From NCBI GenBank assembly GCA_965112155.1, contig OZ218106.1: a DNA stretch of 64,000 nt; one strand, given 5' to 3'. The DNA is from Podarcis liolepis (taxonomy: Eukaryota). The notes under the pieces are model-generated. The model was not told where the DNA came from. It did not search any database and saw nothing but the letters and a program-made list of their open reading frames with translations. Below are positions 40,344 to 54,167 of this stretch, one piece after another (the first letter of the stretch is position 1; every line of letters begins with the position of its first letter). The position numbers were made by a program, and so were the translations under genes.

Positions 40344-41264
40344 CTTCAGTGAAAAGAAAGTAATTAAATCTTAAGATATGATAAAATATACGCTATGCTT
40401 ACTCTGTTAATGTTAAGTTTAAAAATAAATACGCAAGATTCAAGACTTTGAATTTCTTTCTATGGATCTCATTGGACTCTATCCCTTCTGGGCAGTATTT
40501 ACGTAGATCATATGCTTGTTAAGAGTTCACACATACCCATGAGCTAGACGGAGGTGGGCCAAAACCTCTCTCCCCAAGAAATTGGGATCACAAAGGTCAG
40601 GAAGCTGGTGAAGTTCAAAGCCTAACATTGCCCTTAAATACATGCCTTAACAGCAGCCATCTACTCTTATAGAGAAAAATATAAGTATCACACTGGCAAA
40701 CACAATTGCAACTGGAGCCAGATCTCCTTTCCAGGGTCATTCAGCCTCTCATCAAGATCAACCCCGCAGAGAGGCATAATATTTCTCTTATGTTCAGAAT
40801 ACACAGTCTGTTCCATCTGTACTGGATCAATTTCAAATATTGCTGCCTGAGGATATAGAGAAGCTGTGGAATGCCCTCTGTACACAGGTGTGTCTGACAC
40901 CTTCACCATTTGGCTTTCAGAAGATGTTGGAAATGCACCTCTTTAGCCTGGCCTTTGACACCTGAGATGTGGGTTTTCAGGACCCAACCTCATCCCTGCT
41001 ACTGTACAAGCAACAACAGTTTTGCACACCTTCAATTTGCGTGCGACAACATGAGTGCGCATCACTGCAACCCGGAAGGGGCTGGAAAACGGAATTAGAC
41101 AGGGGTGGAAGCATAATGGGGCATAACAGGGTGCAGAAGGCTTATGCGAACCCCGCCAACCTGAATGAGGGTCAAGAATGTAATCCCTGTAATTTTTTAA
41201 ACTGTTTTTAATGCTGAAATTGAAATTGCTGCAGCCTGCTCTGGGACCTGCTGGTGAAAGGCAG

Positions 41265-41321
<57 letters not shown>
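41265..41321. repeat. (AAT)n microsatellite, likely the tail of an L2-type retroposon fragment starting about 41190
   Basis: Pure ATA repeat preceded by gctgcagcctgctctgggac...ggcagata. Confidence 0.9.
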
Positions 41322-42533
41322 TTTTTAAAGGAAATCAAATGTTATCAAATAGATGTGCATCTGAAATAGAAACACAAGAACTGAATTTGTTCTGAAATAC
41401 CAATTTCAACATAATCTCTTCTACACTTCGGCTAGACTGCTTCTTGTCATGAACCTAATATTCTCTGATAGCAACATGAATTTATGCGGCACAATGAAGT
41501 AAATTTCTATAGTATAGCCCATCCGCCCCACAGTGTCCAAAACTCCCATTGTTCTAGGCACATTTTGCGACAGGGAATTTCATTAATGCAAGCAGTTTCT
41601 GAACTCTGGGAGCAGTAGTGTGCCTAAGATTTCAGATTAAAACGGCGACTGCTGGAACGAAAGGAGGACCTTTTTCTGCCACTCTCTGAGGACTGGAGAA
41701 GGGACCCTCACAAGAATATCAGGGGGGCGGGCAGGGGAAGTATGGCCTTGTTTTTTGTAGTCTTCAGATGAGGACTAGACCATGTGAAAAATGAATATAA
41801 GATTTTAGCTCCAGTCCATTCATTTTCATCTTTGCATTCTTGTTATACGAAAGAGTGCCTAGATGTTCTGTTGCAGCGACCATAACCTAGGTTTAAGGTG
41901 ACGTTTAGCTCCTAGCTTTCATATCTCAGTTTCCCTGTGAAGCACAACTAATAAGAACCAGTTCTGGCATGATTATTATACTCCACCCTGTACACAGCTT
42001 TAAGGTGTGCATATAAATAATCATATTGTAGCTCAGTATATTTTGTGCAGGAATATCTGGTGGTATCATGAGAAAATCATACTGCTCTGGCAGAATGTTA
42101 TTGTTTACAGTACTTATTGGAGCAAATCTCCCCCATTCAAATGCATCTTTTCATTGGCATTCAGGACTCAATCTTCACTTGACTGATTCCCTTGCCTCTC
42201 TTGGTCAAGTTTATTGTGGTCTTCCTTTACTGGGTAAATGGAATGGTCTGCAGCAGCTATTTTTTGCCTTCCTAGAGGCCCTCCTGAAGTAATGCGAGTT
42301 TCCCATCTACCTTAGTGTCACTGCTTGGAAGAGTGCTTATTCTCTGAAACTAGTTTGAGAAAATCAAATGAAATTACATGCTCATGCTGTCTCCTTAAGA
42401 AGTACTGTATGAGGGAGAAAAGAGCAAAAGGGCAAGGAGGCTATTGTCTTCTTCTAGCTCTAAAGACAAGCCTGCCATGCAAATATTAAATCAAATGGTG
42501 CCACCATGTCCACTTCAGAAGCAGTGCAACACA

Positions 42534-42534
<1 letters not shown>

Positions 42535-42565
<31 letters not shown>
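42535..42565. repeat. (CA)n microsatellite
   Basis: Seen directly. Confidence 0.95.
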
Positions 42566-42569
<4 letters not shown>

Positions 42570-44722
42570 CACATGTGTGTTACATTCAATATTGCATTTC
42601 CAGTCCTCAGAGTCACCCATCTGCATTTTAATGTGATATGTCAGCAGATACAAATGCAAGTAACAATAAACCTATTAAATGGTATCATAAAGTATATCAC
42701 ATGTAAACAGATCAAAAAGAGCAAAGAAAAAAATGGAGTGACTGCTAATTGGAATAAAGTAATACATATGACAGGATAGCTTTAACTACTCTCTGTTACT
42801 GAATATCAAAGCTGCAGAGTTCTGTAAAATTATGCAAATAACTTGAGGTAAGTACCCTACAATTCTCAAGAGATGGAAGTGACCCGAGGCTGACTATTGT
42901 TACTGTTGCAGCCCTGATTGAATGAACTTTAATGTGACCCTCAAGTGTCTATCCTTTCAGTGAATAAGAATAAGTCGTGCACAAAGATAACCGTTTCAGT
43001 ATAATTGTTTTGGACACAAACTGGCCAAATGTGCTGGAGTCATATGAATAAAGCAGAGCAATTTTTTTATTTTTTATTTTTTTATTTTAGCCTGTCTCTT
43101 TACATTGTTTAGATTACTGCACAGACAGGTATAAAAAAAGAGACAGTACTGCTCTCCCAGATAATTGCCCACATTATATTTCAGCATGCTTTGGGTTCAA
43201 AACAAAATTTTGTTGATCACAGTATGCTATTAGCATGGGTTAGTCCACTTTCTAGAAATCAAACGTTTTGTCTTCCACATAGCCAGTCTTCAACATGTGA
43301 TGAACATTTTTATAAGCACAATCTAAAGTTGTTCATTTTCCTGCAAATTTTCTAAGCTGTCGTTTTAATTTCTGTCCGTCCGTTTCAGAATTAAACCTCA
43401 AGCTAACAACAGAAAGCCTAAAACTGAAACATTACAGAAGTGATGAACCTTGTGAGTAAAATGAAGGCTTCTGAGAAGGTAGACAGATTAAAGAGTTCAC
43501 AGTTCAGCAGTTGTATAGTTTAGGCCATATTGGGTAAACCAGATTGTACCTGGGAATAACTAGCAACTCATAGACTTGTGGGAAGGGTGCATGATGGAGG
43601 AAAAGGTGGCCATTACTTTATGGATTAGGCCTAGGCTGGCCTGCAAACCAGTCCTAGCTCCCAACATGACAGACTGAGCCATTAAAATAATACAGTCAGC
43701 GTCTTCTTAACCATTTGGAGAAAATTGTATATAGGGATATCAAACTTGGGCTACAATATTGTGTCAAATAATATTGAACTCTGCATGCAGGAAGATTTAC
43801 TGAGGATGACTGTACAAACTAGCTGTTTGTATGTCTACTAAGCACATCAGAGGAGTACATGGCAAACAAGTTGCTTGCAAGCTTTCTGCTGGCATACACT
43901 GCACTACTATATCTAAAACTTGACAGCATATCCTATGAAATGTAGTAGTAAATGCTCCCCTTCACTCTGATTCATACCAGCCTTTTCTTGCTGCTGCAAT
44001 TTTGCCTGTTTCCACACTATGTAAATGTACTACAGCCCCTATTCTTATACACAGTGTGCCCAGCATTCTCCATTAACTAATATGGAAAACTCTTTGTGAC
44101 ACCATACCATATTTAGGTCCTGCCTCTTCCTTCAGCCTCCTTTCCACCTGCAGTCTGGGTATAAGATCACCATTCCAAAACAGCCAATCCTGTTGCACCC
44201 TGACCCCATCAGATGCAAAGTCCTTTCCTCTCCTACCTACTAATGCCCTTGATGCATGCCCTGAGGCCTTTCCTCAGAAATCTATGCCTTATGGCTGCAA
44301 CGCTTCACCACTAACACAGTGAAATTACTTTCACAATGAAATTGGTGTGTTAAGTGGATGCGAGACTGCAGCCTAGAAGGACCATATTCAATACAACAAT
44401 TTCAATCAGAGGAATTCAACAACTGATACATGGATACATTCTTTATCAAAGAATATTAATAGTCATGGTCCCATTCTTAAACACAAAGAAAAGAACTTTG
44501 GCCTGGAATTTGTAGGAAAATATCATGCACAGAACACTCTGGGTCTTCCATTTTAGACCAAACTGACTTTAATTGCTAGATAAAAACATATAGTACAATA
44601 GCAAGTGCTTAATTTTAAAAATCAATACATAAAACTAAACAGTAGGGAAAACACTAGAGTGATTGTAATTGAGATGTTAGTTAAATCTATCAATGGGATC
44701 CTGGTGACATCTTTACACACAC

Positions 44723-44779
<57 letters not shown>
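44723..44779. repeat. (GA)n microsatellite
   Basis: Seen directly. Confidence 0.95.
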
Positions 44780-44782
<3 letters not shown>

Positions 44783-44978
44783 CTCCTCATTTTGTCACCT
44801 GAGTATTTAACTGTAAGCCTGATAATTCAGTGTTACCCACAATTTATTCTATAAATACAGTTGACTAAGGCTGAAATGTGCTAAAGCCCAGTAATGTTTC
44901 AAATTCATACATGAAACAATTTGGAATCTCCCCTCAGGCACACATTGCTGCTCCATTACCCAGAATTCCTCTATTTAC

Positions 44979-45202
44979 CTGATCGTAGGGCTGCCTCAGC
45001 CCTGGTCAGGAAGTGGTGAAGCTGATCCAGCTTATCAGGCTGTTCCGCTAGGGACTTCTCCAGCCATATGGCTGACCCAGGCCCTGCAGCCTCCCTCAAG
45101 GCATTCCAGTGCTCTATCAGAGTAAAGAGCTCGGCGAAAGACTTGTGATAACCCTGTCGCAGCATGTCTATGCAGATGTTCTTCTTGTATGAATTCCGGT
45201 AA
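44979..45202 (-). CDS. TTC29: TTC29 coding exon 3 (224 nt)
   Basis: cccag|T...G|gtaaat; [39 protein letters not shown]...[22 protein letters not shown], highly similar to TTC29 [22 protein letters not shown]; overlaps ORF 44971-45165. Confidence 0.97.
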
Positions 45203-46791
45203 CTGGGAATTTAAAAAAAGTCCAGTTTTAATTCTTTAAATGTGAATTATCTACTTCCACTGAAAGAGATCAAGATACACACAGAGATATTACTTACACA
45301 CACACACACACGCAGTCAGTATACACCAGTGATTAAAATGTGACAAGTGTTTCTTTCACCAACTCATTTTTTTCTTGGTAAATGCCCACACATCTTCAAC
45401 AGAGGAAAGCCACAGAAGGTGTTTAATACTATTTCTACTACAACTGCATTACAAATATAACAGTGTTTTGCAATTGAAATCAGCCATGAAGGTCAACTGA
45501 GTTAACCTACGAGGGGGGGGGGGGGATTCTTACCCAAACGTTGCGGCATTTGTTCACTAGAACACAAGCTCAGAGTTTACTTAAAACAGGGAGCAGTGGG
45601 GGAAACTAAGCATATACTGCATGTCAAAACAATGTATATGTTAAATAGTTTTGCTGGAGGTTATGGTGGTTTGGTTTAAAATGTCTGACATAGTATTTGT
45701 TAGAACTAGACTCCTTACATATTATTTGCCTGTGTTCAATATCCGTCTTCAGCTGGGACTAATTTGGTAACACAGAAGTTTCATAATTTCCACCTAATTT
45801 TAAAACCAAATGACATATCCACAGAGATACAATGAAGAATGTATATCAAAGTTATTCTAATAATAAACATGGAACAGATATTCATATTAAAACATGTATA
45901 ATTAAACACTATCAAGAGATGGTACATATTTCAAGGCATATTACTCTGCTATAGTAAGGCCATTTTCATGTTACATCAAACCAACTGTAGAATATTAATT
46001 GTTGATTTTTTGATTAAAAGTTCAGTTAATTCCAGTTTTACAGAAAGTGCTGCCCTTCAATATTGTATCGTTAAAATACACTTGAACATTAGAAACATGA
46101 ATTTTTAGTTGTTCTTGTTATTGAAACATGCATGGTAACAGATTTTGCTTAAAAGCATTGCTCTGATCATATTTTAATATAAACAGTAGAACTTGATAAC
46201 AGTCCCTAATGGTTAGTATGTGGTTTTACATACAAAGTAAATTTCAGAACAGAGCACTGCTATTTACTAACTAGTAATGTTGTTAAAGAAAGCAAGAAGA
46301 TCTTTGCATCGCTTTATAAACAAGTTCTTCAAGGACAATGGTAACTGATTTTTATTACTGAAACCAAAAGCCTATATACAACAACAAACATTAGTGAAGC
46401 ACTTTAAAAAAGCACTGGACAACAAATAAAGTTGAAGACAAGCCCAGTCTGCAAAAGTTTATAGTCTACTGGACACAGAGACAGAGAAAAAGAGTAGGAA
46501 ACTGCAGAAAACTAAAGAATAGACCTAGCAGAATAAAATACATCACAACAGTTTAAAGGAAAACTGACGTAATATCATGCAAAAAGGCACAGGGCTGGCC
46601 CAAGGCATTTGATGCTTCTTCCTCTACCACATACACAAGCCAGCTAGGTCGGCAGCTGAATTTTACTTACTGGTGACAGGGCACCATCCTTCGCCACACC
46701 TGATAGCAAGCTAGCTTAGGGACACAGAGCAGGCCATATGGCTGGCAAAGGTCTATCTTCCAATACCATCCTGCTTCTTAGCATCAGCTGA

Positions 46792-46857
46792 CTGATCTAC
46801 CTAACTCTACCTAACTCTACCTCTATCTCTACCTGATCTACCTCACTCTACCTAACC
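46792..46857. repeat. Degenerate 10-bp tandem repeat (TCTACCTAAC)
   Basis: tctacctaac tctacctaac tctacctcta tctctacctg atctacctca ctctacctaa. Confidence 0.8.
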
Positions 46858-47209
46858 TGTAGAATACACTGTCAGCAGGTAAGAAATAAGTAAATTAAAA
46901 AGGGACAAATAAGAGATAACATATGACATTCTGGCTTGACCAAGTGTGCTCTCCTAGCAATGGTGACATGACCAATTACCAGACGGTGGAAGTAAAGTTG
47001 TACAATACATGCAGCCCCAGCCATTCATGGGTTACAGAGCTTGCATGGCAGAAAGGCAACAGTGTGGATTTTGTAATTTAAATATGTCAAGACCGGAGGA
47101 ACTACAGTGAGAATAGGCGACAGAACAAGACTAAGAAGGCCATAATACTGGCTCCAGAACTGGTCTGCAGCTTACTGAAGACTGAAATATTATTGAAGGT
47201 GTATGTCTT

Positions 47210-47315
47210 AGGCTCTTCCTTGGATCAACGTTCACTTAAAAGGGTCTGCTGAAGGTTCATGCTGCAGAAGTTAGAGAATGACCCTTTTAAGTGAGCACTG
47301 ATCTAAATAGAGCTT
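47210..47315. mobile_element. Short inverted-repeat element (MITE-like)
   Basis: About 36-bp imperfect arms with perfect core TCACTTAAAAGGGTC / GACCCTTTTAAGTGA; TTA next to both ends. Confidence 0.55.
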
Positions 47316-50300
47316 AGACCAGAAACCTCCCTACAAGTCCTTTGTGGCCTCTAGGATTGGTATAGTAGTGAAGATGGAGCCCCCAGAGAAAAGGGAGCCT
47401 CTGGAGAGGTGTATCTGAGGACATAGACAAGAAATATTAATGGGAACAGGAGACTGAGGAAAAATGGTTCCTTAGGGTTCTTCCTCTTCTTGACCAGTAG
47501 AAATCCCTACAGATGCAAAACTAAGAGTTCACTTTTGGATAAATTCAAAAAACAAGAAAACGTTAATGAGGAAAATAATTAAACAGCCACAGATTATTAG
47601 CTAAACAAAAAAAATTTGGGAGATTTAATATATAGTTGTAGCTCAGTAGAATAAAACTCTCTCTATATATATGACGGTGTTAAAAGAACAAACAAGGGAA
47701 GTCAAATTAACACCTAAGAAGACCTAAGAAAGAGCCTCATGGAACTCCAAAGAGGAAGGGATTTTAAAAGTACTATTAACAGAAACAATTAAAAAAGAAA
47801 AAGAAAAGAAGACAAATCTAGCAAAAACAGGATGCTTAAAATCTAAAGCAAGGGAAAGAGTACAATATTAGTAGTACAGTATAAAAAAAAATCAGATGGA
47901 GGACAGAATAGCCTAATATTTAGCTAAGAGAAGGTTATTGGAAATTAGGGTGCTTCGACACAGAGGTGTTTTTGTGGAAAGGGTAGTTCTGACACATTTG
48001 ATATGCAAATGTCCATATACACCTGTTTTCCCCCCACTCATTATATTCCTTTCTATTCCATCACTTCCCATCCACACCAGAGGAGGAGAGGTTGATGAAA
48101 AATATTCTGGGTGTGGGGTTTTTTGTTCCTCCCCTCAATTATTCCTGCCCTGCTCTATCTTTTTATGTTGTGGGTATGCACACAGGTGTGTCTCAGAAAA
48201 TGCATAAGAACAAATATTACCAGGATATGTCACAATTGGCAAAATAGAAACTTTTTATATTTCAGGGGCAGAGATGATTCCGTAGAACATGCCTATTTCC
48301 ATGATGAAAACAGGTGCCACCAAAAGACCCCTATTGAATCTGTCAGCAGAAAGACAGCCTGTTTGTTTACCTTCCCCCTTCCCAGACATACTAGCTATTC
48401 TCAGCAATGGATTAGTACACAAAGGCATTCTGCATAGCCCATGATGTTACCCAGCCATGTTGCTGATTTGTAATGCAATTTGAGGATGACGGCATCATGT
48501 GGACAGTGTGAAAAACTTGGAAGCATGATCAGTACCAAGGCCATAATAAACAGCTGGGCAGAAGCTTCCTTGAAGTGAGAATAATTTCAACAGGGTGATG
48601 TGAGCAGAAGCCAGGCTGGAAGGAATTAAAAGAGGATTCTGAAGAAAGGAAAGGCAGACACTGAAAAAGGATCAGGTGTTCAAAAAGCTTAGAATAAAAG
48701 TAAAGGGACCATAGGCTGCTCTTTGTTTTATCTTTTTCTTTTTCTGGAATTTTTGGGACAAATACTACTCAGTGCCAGTTCCGTCTCTGGATGATCTCTC
48801 TCTTCTTTCTGAGTGGGCTGGATATGCAATAAAGCATAAGCCAACTTCCTGATGGAGCAATTGATCAGCTAATTAATGGGTAGCTCAGAACATGAGATTT
48901 TTTAAAAAAAAACTTGTATTGTCTCTAATTTGACAATTTAATCAAATAAATTATCCCCATGGTTTTTATTGATAGGAATTAACCAGCTTACAATGACCCT
49001 GTATTATACATATACCATCAAAGTAGATAGAAGGGAAATTACTCATATATAGCCAAAAAATCTATTCATACTTGGGATATTCTGGCTTTTACAGGGAGGA
49101 AGTACAGATAGCCAAATGCAAAGAAACCTATTGACATGGTGTATTTACAAGTGAGATTCTTACTTCTAAAACATAGTTTTGAACATCTGTCTTATTTCTT
49201 ATGCTGCTTATCAGACCTGATTTTGAAACGACAAAGGTTTTGTTATAACCATGCTGTTTGTTCCAATTAGAAAATTCTAATCAGCATTACATTGTTCTAT
49301 GAAGAAATGAAATTCAAAAGGTTTAAAAACACTGTTTCAATAGGTAGAATGGCCTCTGGGGGCATCTGCTGGAAATTTAGCAATATTGCAGTTAAATCTG
49401 GTTATTCAAGTAATACCCAGCACAATATAGCATTGTTGAACAAAAGTAAATACAAAGTGCATTGTGTGTAATTCACATTCAGAGCATCAACGAGAGTTTT
49501 CCCACTGATCTCAACGTGAACACAAGCTTATGAAGTGACCGTTTTCTGAAACTATGTGACACTGTATTGATTAATACTCCCAAAATAATAACATAAGAAC
49601 TCTTTAACCATTTCTAAATTAGGACACTGCAGTGAGACCTTAAGGCAAATCTTGTAATACACATTCATATAATTTTTATAGCCTAATGGGATGTTTTGAC
49701 TCCCCGGGACGATTTCAAACTACTACTAGAAGCTTGTCATTTGAAGCATATCTACATATTTGTTCTTCCCTATTTAGCTGGCTAACGTTTTCTGCATAAC
49801 ATTTATTATTATGCAGAAAGACTAGCTTTTGAGGAAAGGGTTCAGGGAAAGATTTCTGGGGACCCAAAGATTTTTCTTTTTCTTTTTTCATTACTTACCA
49901 CAAGGCCAGAGGATTATGCAATGCTGCCTGATTGTGACCCTCAAAACTACCCAAATTGATGATGGAAAGAAGAGTTCAGACCTAACTGTGGCTGAGGAGT
50001 AATTTTCAGCTGATGAGCCTCCCTATTCTGAAGGGCAGAAAGCCATGCAAGAGCTCTGCACATTTCGGATATCGTTCTCCTCCAAATAGACCACTTTGGG
50101 ACTAGAAGGTGGAGCCTGGGCCTTCAAAAGGCTGGCCCAAACAAATGAAGGAGGAAGCTAGCAGTGGAGGATACAAGTGAGGCTACTAGAAGATGAATTG
50201 ATCTCTGCCATTTTCCTCTCCCTTGAAAACTGATGGGCTCCAGCATGCAAGTTTCTAATTTCTGATAAAGTGGACCTTCCCTTCTTCCAGCAGGTGCTTT

Positions 50301-52312
50301 TAATGGCACTCTTGTGAGGCATCTGCCTGAATAAGCTACTGAATAGGGTCTTTCGAATCAACCATCTTGGCTCCTGAATAAGTTATCTTATGAGACCCTG
50401 ACAACTGTGACTAAATGACAGAAGACGAAACTGAGATCAAGTTGTTAAAAAGGGAGGATCCCTTCTTTGTAAGAGCGAAATAAATTACTTATGACTTCTT
50501 GTTGTTTCCTTCAGCGGTTGCTTACTGGAGAAACCTGGATATGTTTTTAGCCCCAGAACTCTCATAAAAATATAGCTTTTGTTGCTGCAACCTGCACTTC
50601 TACCTTAAGCAGCCCCCAGGTAACTGTAACGGGCACCTGCAAGCTTCAAGTAGAGGTCTCTTTAAGACCTTAAGGTCTTATTGATTTCCGTGATTTCTGA
50701 AACAAATTTAATTAACACCAAATAACCAATGGGCCATTGCAAGCTTTATTTATAGCACTACAATATACTTTTTTATATTGCTTAATTTCTTTTACAAAAG
50801 ACTGTTCAATAAACTTAGAAGGTTTTATAGTGAGCATATACAATCTTTTGATAACATTGTTTTAACTTCCAAACACTGTTGGATATTTTCATAATAGAAC
50901 AATTAAACAGAGATATATTATTATTTTTTTGAATATGAGCATCCATCTTCAGTCTCATAAATCTTATGCCACTTTTAGTAGTCATGCAGTTCAGCCACAC
51001 TTCAAGGGATATTATTGTAAAAAAGCTGTACATTATTGGATTAAAAAGAAATTAAGTAATTATAAATAGCATAATTCCAACTGTTTCTGTTGCAATTCTG
51101 AATATTTTACTATAAAACAATATTCTGATCCTTTTACATTGCTTTACCCTTGTTCTTTTAATTTGTTTATTTTTTTATAAATTCCCCTTTACAGAAGGAC
51201 AATGATGTTTGTACTAAATTTACCATTTGGAATTCAGGAATATGTTTGAAGATGTATATGTCAGTAAAATGTCTTTAATCTGTAAATATATGCATCCCAA
51301 TTTAGTAATGCAGGGCAAGAAGAACCAATCAACTGTAACCATACTAAATAAGTCACAGATGAAATGACTGCAAATTAATGAATGTATCATTTGCTAACAC
51401 AGGTAAATTGAAACTTCTGTTTTGAAACCTGTTTATCTCTCAGTTTTTCATTATGCGAATGAAAGCCCCAGCAGTAACAAACAAAACGTAATTCCAACTA
51501 GAATCCTTTGGAATTGGGATAAGTAGATGATTAGGCTGAAAACCAATGCCCACCTACTTGGGAGTAAAATTGAATTTAATGGGTCTTACTTGTGAATAGA
51601 CATGGATAGGATTGTGCTATTAAAACATAAGAAGCAGCTTGTATTAGAATATTCCAACATTAAGCCAATTCAATTTGAAATACTGGGGGAAAGTATTATT
51701 TATTTATCAACACTGGGAGGAAATGCTATTCTCCACAAAAATCAACTTCTTTTTTACTTCTGTTTGCTGATGTGAGAAATACATGTTTCTGAAGTTTAAA
51801 TATGTTCACTTAATAAAGGAACGTACCATATTTTATTAATGCAAAGTAACTTAACAAAAGAAAAACAAAAGATTCCTGTGGCACCCAAAAGACTGAATTT
51901 TTGTGTAGCATAATCTTTGTGGACTTGAGCTTATTTCTGTTGCATGACGTGTTATCATTAGATGACAAACAGAGAGAAATCAAAGTACCTACAGAAGGAG
52001 TTAAACATAAAAAAAGGTTTAACACTGAGTCTGCAACATTTCTACAAAAAGGCCAAAGATATACAAGAACAGTGACCAATTTGCAACAGCAGTCATTGCT
52101 AATAACATCTTTGTAGTTAAGCTATGTTAATTTAACACATGACATATGAAAGAAACCCACAGTTCCACTTAAGGTGGTGAAGAATAGAATTTGCTTATAA
52201 ATTTTAGGGAAGCCATTTCATACAGGATCATCCCTTTGAACAAAAGCAAGTGTCCCAATAAGCGGTATATTCCAAATCCATTCAGATGTAGGAAGCCAAA
52301 TTGACCTTTCAA

Positions 52313-52640
52313 TTATTTATTTTTAAAAATATATTTCATTAAAGATTTCTTAGTTTACAAAAATACATGCATTGTCTCTTTTTTCAAGTTGTGTTGTTTA
52401 CAGATCAGTTTCATTTGTTGTGAGACATTAGTGTTGCATGCAGTGTTAGGTTAGGAAAAAAAGACTGGGAGTGGGGAGTGGTGTGGGATTGGGTGGTTAT
52501 GTTTCAATTCTTCTACTTAGTGTATGTGTGGGGGTTTGTGTCAGCGTCACTTGGGTGGGTTTTCTTACTATTCACTTGTTGTATTTCCTTGGTTACCACC
52601 TAGGATGTGATTGGTTGTCTTTGGTTGGCTGTAGTGAGAG

Positions 52641-52681
<41 letters not shown>

Positions 52682-52790
52682 GATCAGGTTAGCCAGATTG
52701 ATTTGTATGCTGTTGGTGGATTCTCATTGTTGTCTTGTTGGGCTATGTATGTGCTAAAGGGGAACCATACCGGGGTGAAGGCATCTTGAA
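52313..52790 (-). mobile_element. 3' end of an L1/Tx1-like LINE (ORF2 C-terminus, 3' UTR with (CA)n, A-rich tail)
   Basis: Minus-strand DAFTPVWFPFSTYI...IWLT* resembles the F-x3-W-x-PF-x2-Y L1-clade terminus; C/A-rich UTR ending in an A-rich tail near 52313-52345. Confidence 0.6.
52642..52678. repeat. (TG)n microsatellite
   Basis: Seen directly. Confidence 0.95.
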
Positions 52791-53241
52791 AGGTTAAAAA
52801 ACACCACGTCAGGAATAGTACCTTAATTGCTTGCAGCTTTGTTTCATTGGCTGAGTTCAGATGAAATGACAAACCATGTATTGTTGTTCACAGAACAAGC
52901 CTGCGCCAGCATTGGCTTGCATACCCCTTAGCATGCAAGGAAAAAACGCACTGAAAGGTTTCACTTTTTAGCATTCAAAATAGTTCTCCATCAAGTCCAA
53001 ACTCAACAAACTGATCTGTCTTAACAACTCTTTTCATGCATAGAAGGAGGGAGGAGAGGGGGAGAATAAAAGCCCAAGGCTTATGCATGCTAATTTTCAT
53101 AACCATAGCTTTTCATTACTTCTGAACAGGATCATTGTCTTTCAAACCGGGATATTACTAGACTCCCTCTGCTTCATAACGGGAACATTGAAAGAAAAAA
53201 GTTAGGCAAAAAATATGCAGCACATCAAAGTTACAATTCAT

Positions 53242-53378
53242 NNNNNNNNNNNNNNNNNNNNNNNNNNNNNNNNNNNNNNNNNNNNNNNNNNNNNNNNNNN
53301 NNNNNNNNNNNNNNNNNNNNNNNNNNNNNNNNNNNNNNNNNNNNNNNNNNNNNNNNNNNNNNNNNNNNNNNNNNNNNN
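53242..53378. other. Assembly gap (N run)
   Basis: Run of N. Confidence 1.
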
Positions 53379-53574
53379 ACAGACGCTTCTGCTAACTCAG
53401 AAATAGTGCTTCAGGTTAAGAACTTTGCTTCAGGATAAGAACAGAAATCGTGCTCCAGCAGCACGACAGCAGCAGGAGGCCCCATTAGCTAAAGTGGTGC
53501 TTCAGGTTAAGAACAATTTCAGGTTAAGTATGGACCTCTGGAGCGAATTAAGTACTTAACCCGAGGTACCATTG
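53379..53574. mobile_element. Second copy of the 35047 MITE family (left end lost in N gap)
   Basis: Shares ggttaagaactttgcttcagga and ggaggccccattagctaaagtggt; right TIR aacccgaggtaccattg followed by TA. Confidence 0.85.
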
Positions 53575-53931
53575 TAGTTAATTGCGGTGTGTGAGTGTGT
53601 GTGTGTGTGAGAGAGAGAGAGACTGCAGAGCCTGACGGAGTTCAGAAAGAAGCTTCACTATAAATTCTAGGACAATGAAATTCCCACTTGTCATTTTGTA
53701 TCATTTTACATTCTGAATATTTTCATAGTATCTCTGTGCACATCACAAATAAAACACAGTTGTTTACTTTTGCCCTATATTTCCTATTAAATATTGTTGA
53801 ACTATTGATAAAAGAAAGGTTTAGAAAACAATAGGACTAAACTCAGCAAAAACAAGTTACACAAAGTTAACTTCAGTTCACAGCATTCTTCTCTATTAAA
53901 TAATGTCTTGTATTTTATCTTTGCAAGAATC

Positions 53932-54167
53932 NNNNNNNNNNNNNNNNNNNNNNNNNNNNNNNNNNNNNNNNNNNNNNNNNNNNNNNNNNNNNNNNNNNNN
54001 NNNNNNNNNNNNNNNNNNNNNNNNNNNNNNNNNNNNNNNNNNNNNNNNNNNNNNNNNNNNNNNNNNNNNNNNNNNNNNNNNNNNNNNNNNNNNNNNNNNN
54101 NNNNNNNNNNNNNNNNNNNNNNNNNNNNNNNNNNNNNNNNNNNNNNNNNNNNNNNNNNNNNNNNNNN
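53932..54167. other. Assembly gap (N run)
   Basis: Run of N. Confidence 1.

Noticed and set aside
40943-41338. 131-aa ORF with poly-Ile
   Set aside because: Produced by the (AAT)n microsatellite; the ER-, CV- and HT-repeat ORFs likewise come from (GA)n, (TG)n and (CA)n.
47480-47935. A-rich stretch possibly from L1 ORF1
   Set aside because: Too degraded; no motif I can support.
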